Positions 28,327 to 37,015 of a stretch of 52,696 nt of DNA are shown one piece after another. A program made the position numbers and the translations under genes. Positions within the stretch are counted from its first letter, which is position 1. Each line of letters starts with the position of its first letter. The stretch spans positions 1 through 52,696 of the forward strand of contig JBJTQJ010000037.1 of the NCBI GenBank assembly GCA_046075565.1, written 5' to 3'. Source of the DNA: Verrucomicrobiales bacterium. Lineage in GTDB: Bacteria; Verrucomicrobiota; Verrucomicrobiia; Verrucomicrobiales; SLCJ01. Below the pieces are notes generated by a model. It saw nothing but the letters and a program-made list of their open reading frames with translations. It was not told the origin of the DNA and did not search any database.

Positions 28327-29304
28327 TCAAGCATTCCCGGCAAAGAACCGTTTCTTCAGCCAAAAAGAGACATGGACGAGTCCGATGAGGGCCGGGACTT
28401 CGACAAGCGGGCCGACCTCTGCCGCGAAGGCCACACTGGCCGTGCGCGGGTAGTCCGCGCCGAGTTTGGCGGCCATGAGGAAACTCACCAGGAACATCAC
28501 GGCAAAGTAGATGAGTAGCGGAATGGCGATCCGCAGCACGTCCATGGGCAGTTCGACAATGGCATCGCCTTTGTAGGTGAACATCACGACAATGGTGAAA
28601 AGCAAAGCCACCAACGTGAGCGGCGAGATCCGTGGGATAAATTTCTTCTCATACCATTCGACGCCTTTCATGCGGACGAGTGCCGATCTCGTGATCATGC
28701 CGGCGAAAAAGGGGATGCCGAGATAGATCATCACGGAAATGGAAATATCCTTCATCGCAATTTCGACCACCACGCCCTTGAGTCCGACCAGCGGGGGCAG
28801 CACGGTGATGAACAACCACGCGTAGGCGCTGTAGAAAAGGATTTGTGCGATGCTGTTCAAGGCGACCAGCCCGGCGGCATATTCCGGCGAACCTTTGGCC
28901 AGATCATTCCACACGAGCACCATCGCGATGCAGCGGGCGAGTCCAACCAGAATCAACCCGACCATGTAATCGGGTTGGTCGCGCAGCAAGAGCACCGCCA
29001 GCACCCACATGATGACCGGACCGATGATCCAGTTTTGCACTAGCGAAAATCCTAGGATACGCGGGTTGGCGAAGACACGCGGCAATTCGCCATAACGCAC
29101 TTTTGCCAATGGAGGATACATCATCACGATCAGACCGATGGCCAGGGGGACATTGGTTGGGCCGATGGTGAATGGCGCAAAGAAGGCCTCCGGATCATCA
29201 ATGACGAATCGTCCGATCAGGATTCCCACGGCCATGCCGGCGAAGATCCAGACCGTGAGGTAACGGTCGAGAAAGGACATCCGGGCGGCGATGTGTTCCG
29301 TCAT
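28327..29304 (-). pseudogene. acr3: ACR3 arsenite efflux transporter with probable internal in-frame deletion
   Basis: [44 protein letters not shown] present; NNFELAIAVA segment absent between SVAF and AAEVGP. Confidence 0.8.
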
Positions 29305-29316
29305 GGTTGTTACGAT

Positions 29317-29736
29317 TCAGCGTTGATCGAGTCGCCCGTCGGCGTAAGCGGTGAAGACGCGGTAGATTTCATCCCGCACCCGGCGGAAGACGATCATTTG
29401 TTCCTCCTCGCTGCCAGTGGCGTGCGCTGGGTCGTCGAAGGGGTAATGATGGCGGTTCATTTGACCGGGAAAGACCGGGCAGACCTGGTCGGCATTGCCA
29501 CAAACCGTGATCACGGTTTCGACCTCGCGGGTGAGGAAGGTGTCGAGGTGTTTCGACTCGTGGGTGGAGATATCGATGCCGATTTCTGCGAGCGCCCTGA
29601 TGGCCAGCGGGTGGACATAACCCGCGGGTTTCGAGCCGGCCGATGTAACTTCGAAATCCGGGCCCAGGGCTTTTTGCAGAATGCCTTCCGCCATGTGGGA
29701 TCGGCAGGAATTTCCAGTGCAGAGAATGAGGATCAT
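29317..29736 (-). CDS. arsC: Arsenate reductase, LMW-PTP type
   Basis: CTGNSCRS P-loop, [20 protein letters not shown]; inside ars operon. Confidence 0.9.
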   Translation of the reverse strand: MILILCTGNSCRSHMAEGILQKALGPDFEVTSAGSKPAGYVHPLAIRALAEIGIDISTHESKHLDTFLTREVETVITVCGNADQVCPVFPGQMNRHHYPFDDPAHATGSEEEQMIVFRRVRDEIYRVFTAYADGRLDQR

Positions 29737-29774
29737 GTGGACGAGCAGGGTGGGGCAGCGGGTGGTGTTCCAGA

Positions 29775-30248
29775 TCAGCAGCAACCGGAATCAGGGCGGC
29801 AGGCTGATTCCCCGGGGATACTGGGCAGCGAGAAATCGGGCAGGCAAATCTCCTTGGCCAGGCAGTCGGTGTGTTTGAATGCGGTATGGAAAACAAGGGT
29901 GCCATCCACAACCTCGCAGTGAGTGAGGCGAAGTTAGGTGAGAACCGGTGCCTCCACTTCGATTGCCACGGGCAGGTCGAGATTCGGCAAAAGACCGTCT
30001 GCACGCCCGAAAATGGTTGGGAGTTTACTTGCCTTGAGACGATGATGCATGTCATCCGCAACCCAAGCCTGGAGAACACAGGAATCCATGGTGTGGCGTT
30101 TGACTCCGCAGTCGATGAAAGATTTCGCCACGTAACCCACTTCGGTGATATGGAAATGTGCGGGCACGCGCGAGCCATCCGGTATCGCGAAACTCAAGAG
30201 ATGGTTGGGATGGGATTGGAGATGTTTGAGGGTTTCGCGAGTGGTCAT
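29775..30248 (-). pseudogene. DUF6428-like protein with premature TAA at 29934-29936
   Basis: VPAHFHITEVG..FIDCG; frame continues after TAA with [19 protein letters not shown]. Confidence 0.8.
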
Positions 30249-30271
30249 GGGATTGGCGCGGGGCAGGGGAC

Positions 30272-30571
30272 TCAGCAATCGCAGGCGCTGCGGCATTTTG
30301 CGATGTCTTCAACGCAGCGTAAAAAGGTGGGCAGGCAGTCGCAGGCAAGACGATACAGAACCTGTTGTCCCTGTTTGCGGCAGTCGATCCAACCGGCTTT
30401 CCGCATCAGCGTCAGATGTTTCGAAACGGTGGAAAGGTCGCCACCGACGAGTGTTTGCAAATCGCTCACACTGCGTTCTCCGCTCGCCAGAGCCTGCACG
30501 ATCTCCAGTCGCGCCGGATGGGCAAGGGCCTTGATGACCTGAACCTGATGGCGGAGAGCTAAAGTCCTCAT
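30272..30571 (-). CDS. arsR: ArsR/SmtB family metalloregulator
   Basis: KALAHPARLEI, STVSKHL HTH, Cys-rich C-terminus; heads ars operon. Confidence 0.9.
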   Translation of the reverse strand: MRTLALRHQVQVIKALAHPARLEIVQALASGERSVSDLQTLVGGDLSTVSKHLTLMRKAGWIDCRKQGQQVLYRLACDCLPTFLRCVEDIAKCRSACDC

Positions 30572-30572
30572 T

Positions 30573-30610
30573 ACTTGGCAAAAATGCCAAGTTTGGCAAA
30601 AATGTCAAGT
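30573..30610 (-). promoter_or_regulatory. arsR promoter with tandem palindromic operators
   Basis: ACTTGGCA-AAAA-TGCCAAGT perfect palindrome plus TTGGCA-AAAA-TGTCAA; TTGACA -35 on the minus strand. Confidence 0.75.
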
Positions 30611-30665
30611 ATTCTGAGGGTTTCCGGCTTTGACAAGGGCGACATCCCCGGCGAAAAGTTTTCCG

Positions 30666-30740
30666 GGCAATCGATCTCTGCCTGTTCCCGCCGCAACAGG
30701 GAATAACCGCCCGGATTTCCATCTGGCTGATGATTCCTGG
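30666..30740 (+). ncRNA. Fluoride (crcB) riboswitch-like element
   Basis: GGCAAU..UGCC P1, AAUAACCGC and GCUGAUGAUUCCU hallmarks, immediately upstream of crcB. Confidence 0.65.
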
Positions 30741-30767
30741 GGCATTCGGAACAAGAAAATTTTCATT

Positions 30768-31160
30768 ATGTTGCGGACCTATCTGGCGGTCATGGCGGGA
30801 GGCGCGGTTGGCGTCGGTCTCCGTGTGTTTCTTTCCGGCTGGATCGCCGCCAAATTCGGCGAGGCCTTTCCCTGGGGCACTTTGGTGGTGAATGTCAGTG
30901 GCTGCCTGGTAATTGGCTTTTTCACCGGGATCAGCGGGCCGGAAGGCATGCTGCTCACCTCACCGCTCACCCGCCAGGTCGTGGCCATTGGTTTGTTGGG
31001 CGGATTCACCACGTATTCTTCCTTCAGCCTGCAAACCATCAATCTTTTCTCCAATGGGCAGATTCTCTACGGCTTGGGAAACATTTTCCTCACGCTCCTT
31101 CTCTGCCTCGCGGGCACCTGGCTTGGACTGATCCTCGCGGCCTCACTGCAACCAAAGTGA
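30768..31160 (+). CDS. crcB: Fluoride channel Fluc/CrcB
   Basis: GGAVGVGLR, FPWGTLVVNVSGC, GLLGGFTTYSSF; start ATG 30768. Confidence 0.93.
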   Translation: MLRTYLAVMAGGAVGVGLRVFLSGWIAAKFGEAFPWGTLVVNVSGCLVIGFFTGISGPEGMLLTSPLTRQVVAIGLLGGFTTYSSFSLQTINLFSNGQILYGLGNIFLTLLLCLAGTWLGLILAASLQPK

Positions 31161-31304
31161 ACCACAGCCAGGATACAATTGCCCGTGGAGGCGGGGTTGC
31201 TGCGCCCTTCCGTCGGTCTCAGCGGGTCAATGGAGTCGCGGCTCCAGCAGATCGAATCGGGCGTAAAGAAGGTTTTTGTGAAGTGAGGCCAGTTTTCCCC
31301 GCGA

Positions 31305-32900
31305 TCACTTGGCGAAGGGTCCCGGCACAACATCAGCGCGTTGCGCCCATGCCTTCCACTGGGCCTCCAATTGCTTGACCCGTTCGGGTTGTTTTGCGGC
31401 CAGATCGTGCAGTTCAGAGCGATCTTGCTCGAGGTTGTAAAGTTCCCAAGAGCCTTTGTGGAGGCGGACCAGTTTCCATTTTCCATCACGCACCGCCTGA
31501 TTGCCTTCGTGTTCGAAAAAGATCGGATGCTCGCGCTGGAGCGGGTTCCCTTTGAAAGCCGGCAGAAGGGAGAGACCCTCCATGGGCCGAACTTCCCGGG
31601 AGCCATAAGTTTCCGGATACGCAGCGCCGGAGATATCCACACAGGTAGCCATGAGATCAATCAAATGCCCGGGCTCCCGAATCAGGCGTCCGCGGCGCGA
31701 GGTTTCGATGCCCGCCGGCCAATGGGCAATAAAGGGCGTGGCAATTCCGCCCTCGTGCGTCTCGCTCTTATACCATCGGAACGGGGTATTGGACACGTTC
31801 GCCCATGGCGTCGCGTAGCTCTGGAACGTGTCCGCTGGCCCCGCAGGAACGTCGGTCCGGTTGCCCCAACGGCTCGTGTCTTGTCCGGGTCTGGCAAAAC
31901 GCCGGACGGAGGGCATCTTCACCTCTTCCTCGCAACCACCGTTGTCGGAGAGAAAAAGGAAGAGCGTGTTCTCGAAGCGCCCACTTTGTCGCAGGGTTTC
32001 CACGAGCTTGCCAATGCCTTGGTCCATGCGGGTAATCATCGCGGCGTAGGTCGCCATTTGCCGGGTGTGCCATGTCCGGTCGGGAAGATTCTCGTTCCAG
32101 GCCTTGACCCGTTTGTCGCGTGGCGACAACTTCCAATCCGCCTTCACGAGCCCCATGTCGAGCATACGTTGGTAACGCGCCTCGCGGATGGCATCCCAGC
32201 CCGCGTCATAGAGGCCCTCGTATTTCGTGATTTCCGCATCCGGCACGTGCAACGGCCAGTGCGGAGCAGTATATGCGATGTAAAGGAATACGGGTTTGTC
32301 CTTTTGTGCACCTCGCGTGAACTCGATGGCGGCATCGGTGACCGCGTCGGTGTAATAGAATCCTTCGCCCGGTTCTTTGAAATCATTGTCCACCATCCAT
32401 GCTTTCGGATCATAGTAGTTGCCCCCTCCGGCCAGCGAGCCGACAAAGCGGTCGAACCCCCTCTGCAAGGGCCAACTATCCCGATGGTCCGCAGCCCCGG
32501 TGGCGTAATCAAAGGGAGTCACGTGCCATTTTCCGAAACATCCGGTGTGATAACCAGCCTTCCGGAGCACTTCGGCAATGGTCACGCTCCGGTCGTTCAG
32601 GTGGCCGATGTATCCAGGCTCCTTGTGCGGTGAGACCATGTGACCGACACCCGCCTGATGGGGATAGAGCCCGGTGAGCAGCGAAGCCCGGGTTGGACAA
32701 CAGCGGCCAGCGTTGTAGAAATCGGTAAATCGCAGCCCTTCTTTTGCCAAGGCATCCAGATTCGGGGTGCGAACCTCTCCGCCGTAACACCCGATGTCGC
32801 TGTAGCCCATATCGTCGGCCAGCACGATGACGACATTCGGTGGCGAAGATCCCAGCAAGGGAGCGGCGAAGGCCAAAAGAAGTGCGAGGACACGAGGCAT
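31305..32900 (-). CDS. Arylsulfatase (S1 family)
   Basis: Signal peptide; PNVVIVLADDMGYSD, CCPTRASLLTG, GKWH, SDNG. Confidence 0.94.
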   Translation of the reverse strand: MPRVLALLLAFAAPLLGSSPPNVVIVLADDMGYSDIGCYGGEVRTPNLDALAKEGLRFTDFYNAGRCCPTRASLLTGLYPHQAGVGHMVSPHKEPGYIGHLNDRSVTIAEVLRKAGYHTGCFGKWHVTPFDYATGAADHRDSWPLQRGFDRFVGSLAGGGNYYDPKAWMVDNDFKEPGEGFYYTDAVTDAAIEFTRGAQKDKPVFLYIAYTAPHWPLHVPDAEITKYEGLYDAGWDAIREARYQRMLDMGLVKADWKLSPRDKRVKAWNENLPDRTWHTRQMATYAAMITRMDQGIGKLVETLRQSGRFENTLFLFLSDNGGCEEEVKMPSVRRFARPGQDTSRWGNRTDVPAGPADTFQSYATPWANVSNTPFRWYKSETHEGGIATPFIAHWPAGIETSRRGRLIREPGHLIDLMATCVDISGAAYPETYGSREVRPMEGLSLLPAFKGNPLQREHPIFFEHEGNQAVRDGKWKLVRLHKGSWELYNLEQDRSELHDLAAKQPERVKQLEAQWKAWAQRADVVPGPFAK

Positions 32901-33098
32901 GGGTGGTGGGCTACGTCGGCAGGGGCAGATTTCTTTCGGCTGGGCTTTGTAGAGTCGACATAGAAAGCAGGATTGGCCGGATTTCGCACATTTCTGCGGA
33001 TAGCCTGGAGATCGGCCACCAATGTGCCAAGAATGGTCGTCACCAACGTTCGATGAGGGATCTTTCTTTAGTGGTGAAGGCGAGGGGGGCTAACCCCG

Positions 33099-34502
33099 TC
33101 ATGGAGTTTTGGAGAAAGACTCTTCGTGGACAATCTCGCCCGAGACATCATGATGGCGGAACAGGATTTGCGGAGTTGCACCTTCCGGAGTCACGGCCAC
33201 GGAAAGGAAGCCGCCGTTGATGCGGAGGAACTGGTGTTCGGGCTCGCGATTCTTCATGGCAAATCCCCCGGCATGGGAATCCGAGCCAGGACCACATCCA
33301 AACTCCCACAATCCGCTCTTCGGATGACGGGATGCATATTGCCAATGACGGTCCCCGCAAATCACGAAGGTGCCGGATTGGGAGGCGAGGAATGCCTTCA
33401 CTTCGTTTCCTTCGTGAGTGAAGCCCTTGTTGGAGAGGTTGTCGTTTTTCGAGCCGCGGTCCGGACCGATGATCGGAGTGGGACTGATCACCACGCGGAA
33501 GGTCGCGTCGGATGCACGTAACGAATCGAACAGCCACTTTTTCTGTTCCGCTCCGAGAATGGATTTTTCCGGACCGTCCGGCATGTTGTTCGGGCTCCGA
33601 TAGTCACGGCCTTCGACCATCCAGATTTGCAAGTCGCGCCCCCAACGCGTTGTGCGGTAAGTTTTTTCCCCCATGGGCACCTGTTCCCGGAAGATCGCCA
33701 GACCTTGCTCCCATGTCAGATCGCCGTAGGTCTGCCCGGGCCAGCAGTCGTTCATCAGGGTATCGTGGTCGTCTTTCATGAAGTAGGATGCGTGCCTGCA
33801 ATGGAAGTCGCGCTGATTGGCCAACGAATAAAGGCGGTTCCATTTGAAACGGGCGAGTTCGGCCGACTTCGCGAAGGGTCCGGCTTTGTCATAATATTCG
33901 ATGTCCCCGGCGTGCACGAAAAACTCCGGCTTAAGTCCGGACATCGCCTTATAGATAATATGCCCGCGTTCGCCATCATCACGGCGGGGGAAATCGTGAC
34001 AGGTCACCACCACGAAACGCACTGGTGCGGCCATGCTTGCCGCCGGGGCCGATCGAAATCCACCCTCGCATTTCACGGACGGGTTTTCTTCTCCTTCCGC
34101 GCGGCCTTCGGCAACAACAGTGTAAGCGGCGCCGGGCTTCAAACCATCGAGGCGGATTTGGGTGGTGAAATCTTGGTTGGCTTCCACGCTCCGCCAATCC
34201 GTGACGGTTTCTTGGTCATCGGCGGTCTTGTAGCGCAGGCGCACACTTCCGGCCGCTCCCATGAGGCTGTCTTTCATGTCCCTGAGGCTCAGTCCCGCTG
34301 GCACAGCCGAGTCCTTGTCATTGAACTCCGTGCCATCTGACCGCCGCTCGGGACGATCCGTGAGGCGCAGCCAGACGATGGCGGAGGTGGAGTCGACTTC
34401 CCCAATTTTGATTCCGTTGCCAAAGTAAACACCGGCCTGCAAGGAGCTCAGCGCGGAGAGAGCCAGACACAACGACAAGGCGAGAGAGCGGGGGAGGTTC
34501 AT
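33099..34502 (-). CDS. Alkaline phosphatase D (PhoD)-family metallophosphoesterase
   Basis: Signal peptide; HAGDIEYYD, KDDHD, ILGAEQKKWL, ICGDRHW motifs. Confidence 0.85.
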   Translation of the reverse strand: MNLPRSLALSLCLALSALSSLQAGVYFGNGIKIGEVDSTSAIVWLRLTDRPERRSDGTEFNDKDSAVPAGLSLRDMKDSLMGAAGSVRLRYKTADDQETVTDWRSVEANQDFTTQIRLDGLKPGAAYTVVAEGRAEGEENPSVKCEGGFRSAPAASMAAPVRFVVVTCHDFPRRDDGERGHIIYKAMSGLKPEFFVHAGDIEYYDKAGPFAKSAELARFKWNRLYSLANQRDFHCRHASYFMKDDHDTLMNDCWPGQTYGDLTWEQGLAIFREQVPMGEKTYRTTRWGRDLQIWMVEGRDYRSPNNMPDGPEKSILGAEQKKWLFDSLRASDATFRVVISPTPIIGPDRGSKNDNLSNKGFTHEGNEVKAFLASQSGTFVICGDRHWQYASRHPKSGLWEFGCGPGSDSHAGGFAMKNREPEHQFLRINGGFLSVAVTPEGATPQILFRHHDVSGEIVHEESFSKTP

Positions 34503-34802
34503 GATGCTGGGAGTGCTAGGGAGAAACGAGGCAATGGATCCGGGCAGGAAACGCGTGGCCATAACCCGGATGGACCCCAATGATACGAACCGGCCGTAGA
34601 TTCACCTTTCAGCGTATATAAACGGTATATCGGAGCAATGAACCATACAGAGCAATTGACAGGCAGGGACCGCTGTCCCAGCGGTTCGTGAGATCGTGAG
34701 GCCAAGGAAATCGCCAAAGCGTCCCACGGAATGGGAAAAAGCGGATGACCCCGAGAGAAGATGTGATTGCGCGGACCGCCCGACTGTGATACCTCCTCAA
34801 CC

Positions 34803-36107
34803 ATGTCCAATGCACAACTCACCTTCGCGCTCGTCACCCTATGCACCGTGGCTTGTGTGCAAGCTGGCGAGCCATCGAAAGACCAAACGTTCCAGAAGAT
34901 CCGACTCAGTGAGTTCTTCTGGACCGAGGGAGCGGGCGCGGGTGACTTCAATCGCGATGGTCATCCCGATGTCACTGCGGGGCCCTATTGGTGGCAAGGA
35001 CCCGATTTCCAGAAGCGCCACACCTTCCGCGATGATAGCAAGACCTCGACCATCAAACTGAAGGATGGTTCGGAACGGAGTGTCCCCGGATTCAAAGGTG
35101 CCCTCGGAACGCAGAATGACTATTCGGATAACTTTCTCACGTTCGTCCGGGACATGAACGGCGATGGTTGGGACGACATCATCAATGTCGGTTGGCCGGG
35201 CAAAGCGGTTCATTGGTATGCCAATCCCGGAGCCAAGGATCCCGCTGCAAGTGAATCGCATTGGCCCAAGCACCTGGCCATCGAAGTGCTGGACAACGAG
35301 TCACCGGTCTTCGCCGATCTGCTGGGGAATGGTTCTCCGGTCATGGTGGGAAATTTCGACGGGCACTACGGATACTTCCAACCGGATGCATCCAAACCCG
35401 AGTCGCCCTGGTCGTGGCATCCAATCACCCCGAAAGGCAAATGGCACAAATACACCCATGGCTGTGGGGTGGGGGATGTCAATAAGGACGGCCGACCGGA
35501 TTTGATCGAATCGGCCGGTTGGTGGGAACAACCGGCGTCGCTGGCCGGCGACCCCGTATGGAAACTTCACGCTTTTCCCTTCGCGCCCGGCGAAAAAACG
35601 GCGGGTGGTGCCCAGATGTATGCCTACGACTTCAATGGCGATGGACGCAACGACGTGTTGACCACGCTCGACCCGCATCGATACGGTCTCGTCTGGTATG
35701 AACAAACCGATGATTCAGGGACGGGATTCACCCGCCATATGATCCTCAACGACAACCCGCAGGCGAACCGCCATGGTGTTGCCTTTTCCCAGATGCACGC
35801 CATTGAGATGGCAGATATGAATGGCGACGGCTTGCTCGATGTGGTCACCGGAAAGCGCTATTGGGCGCATGGACCGGGAGGAGACGTCGATCCCGAGGGC
35901 GACTCCGTTGTGTATTGGTTCCGCGCCACGCGCGGCACCGACGGAGCCGTGGACTTTGTGCCTCACCGGGTGGACTCTGATTCAGGTGTGGGCACGCAGT
36001 TCTCCGTGGCCGACCTCAATCGCGATGGCAAGCCGGACATTGTCACGGCAAACAAACGCGGCATCTTCGTCTTCATTCACGGAGCAGAAAGCGCAGCCGG
36101 GAAGTGA
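34803..36107 (+). CDS. FG-GAP/VCBS repeat protein, secreted
   Basis: Repeated D.N.DG..D motifs (DFNRDGHPD, DMNGDGWDD, DVNKDGRPD, DFNGDGRND, DLNRDGKPD). Confidence 0.9.
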   Translation: MSNAQLTFALVTLCTVACVQAGEPSKDQTFQKIRLSEFFWTEGAGAGDFNRDGHPDVTAGPYWWQGPDFQKRHTFRDDSKTSTIKLKDGSERSVPGFKGALGTQNDYSDNFLTFVRDMNGDGWDDIINVGWPGKAVHWYANPGAKDPAASESHWPKHLAIEVLDNESPVFADLLGNGSPVMVGNFDGHYGYFQPDASKPESPWSWHPITPKGKWHKYTHGCGVGDVNKDGRPDLIESAGWWEQPASLAGDPVWKLHAFPFAPGEKTAGGAQMYAYDFNGDGRNDVLTTLDPHRYGLVWYEQTDDSGTGFTRHMILNDNPQANRHGVAFSQMHAIEMADMNGDGLLDVVTGKRYWAHGPGGDVDPEGDSVVYWFRATRGTDGAVDFVPHRVDSDSGVGTQFSVADLNRDGKPDIVTANKRGIFVFIHGAESAAGK

Positions 36108-36125
36108 AGTGGAGAGGCGGGGTCT

Positions 36126-36231
36126 GCTGGGATCGCCGACGTCCCCGTCGGCCTCAGGGGTCTGCTGGGAGGCAGACGAGGACCCAGTCTTCGCCCGAGG
36201 CCCCAGAGGGCAGGCTGTCGGCGATCCCAGC
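36126..36231. repeat. REPIN-like inverted repeat between convergent genes
   Basis: 15-bp perfect IR GCTGGGATCGCCGAC / GTCGGCGATCCCAGC; internal palindrome GCCGACGTCCCCGTCGGC. Confidence 0.7.
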
Positions 36232-36272
36232 GGGAGCGGCCTTCGGCGGTCCCGGCGGAGCCTAAGGATGCC

Positions 36273-36935
36273 TTACTTGGCGACTTCCTTGATGCGCAGG
36301 TTGCGGAACTTGTAGGTCGCGCCTTTTTCCCCGTGATGTTGGATTCCGATCGCACCGCTGGCGTCCATGTCGTCTTCGAATTCGCTCGTCACGACGCCAT
36401 TGACTTCGATTTTGATCTTCTTGCCGATGCAGGTGATGCGATAGGTATTCCAGTCGTCGCGTTTGAAGGTATTGCCGGCGCGGGCTTTGAAGGCTTCCTC
36501 GCTTTCCTTATTTCCTTTGATGGGGGAAACAAACCATTGACGGCGGCCTTCGTCATAGAGTCCTCCGGACCATCCGCGTTTCGGGTCGCCATCGACTTCA
36601 GCTTGATAGCCAAAGACCTTGTTCGGCTCGACATGGGCCCGGAACATGAAGCCGCTGTTGGCTTTGCCTTCGGGAAGTTTGACATCGCCCTCGAAGACAA
36701 AGTCCGAGTAGGTTTTTTCCGTCACAAGAAAGAACTTCTTGTCGGCGGTAAGGTGGATCTCGCCGTCCACGATATCGATTTTCCCCCATTCGTAGGGATT
36801 CTTCCACCCTTGGGTCGTTTTACCGTCGAAGAGAGGCTTCATTTCGGCGGCGTCGGCCGGTTTGTCTTCAGCGAATACCACCGGAGCGGCGACAGCAAAG
36901 ACGGACAAAGAAAGAAGGATGCGGAGCGATTTCAT
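36273..36935 (-). CDS. DUF1080 (3-keto-disaccharide hydrolase) domain protein
   Basis: Signal peptide; LFDGKTTQGW, NSGFMFR, GYQAEVD, WNTYRI, GIQHHG, FRNLRIKE. Confidence 0.9.
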   Translation of the reverse strand: MKSLRILLSLSVFAVAAPVVFAEDKPADAAEMKPLFDGKTTQGWKNPYEWGKIDIVDGEIHLTADKKFFLVTEKTYSDFVFEGDVKLPEGKANSGFMFRAHVEPNKVFGYQAEVDGDPKRGWSGGLYDEGRRQWFVSPIKGNKESEEAFKARAGNTFKRDDWNTYRITCIGKKIKIEVNGVVTSEFEDDMDASGAIGIQHHGEKGATYKFRNLRIKEVAK

Positions 36936-37015
36936 GATTCGGATGGTTCGATTGTTACTGGTTTTAGACGTGGGTGACGGACAAATTCTTTCGGGGATCA
37001 AAAATGGGGGAGTCT

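Noticed and set aside
31157-31378. Second crcB paralog overlapping crcB
   Set aside because: No TM or Fluc motifs; it runs over a degenerate repeat and into the sulfatase gene
34606-34662. AT-rich stretch with repeated GTATAT and GAGCAAT words between the divergent phoD-like and FG-GAP genes
   Set aside because: Plausibly promoter or operator DNA, but too short and ambiguous to assign
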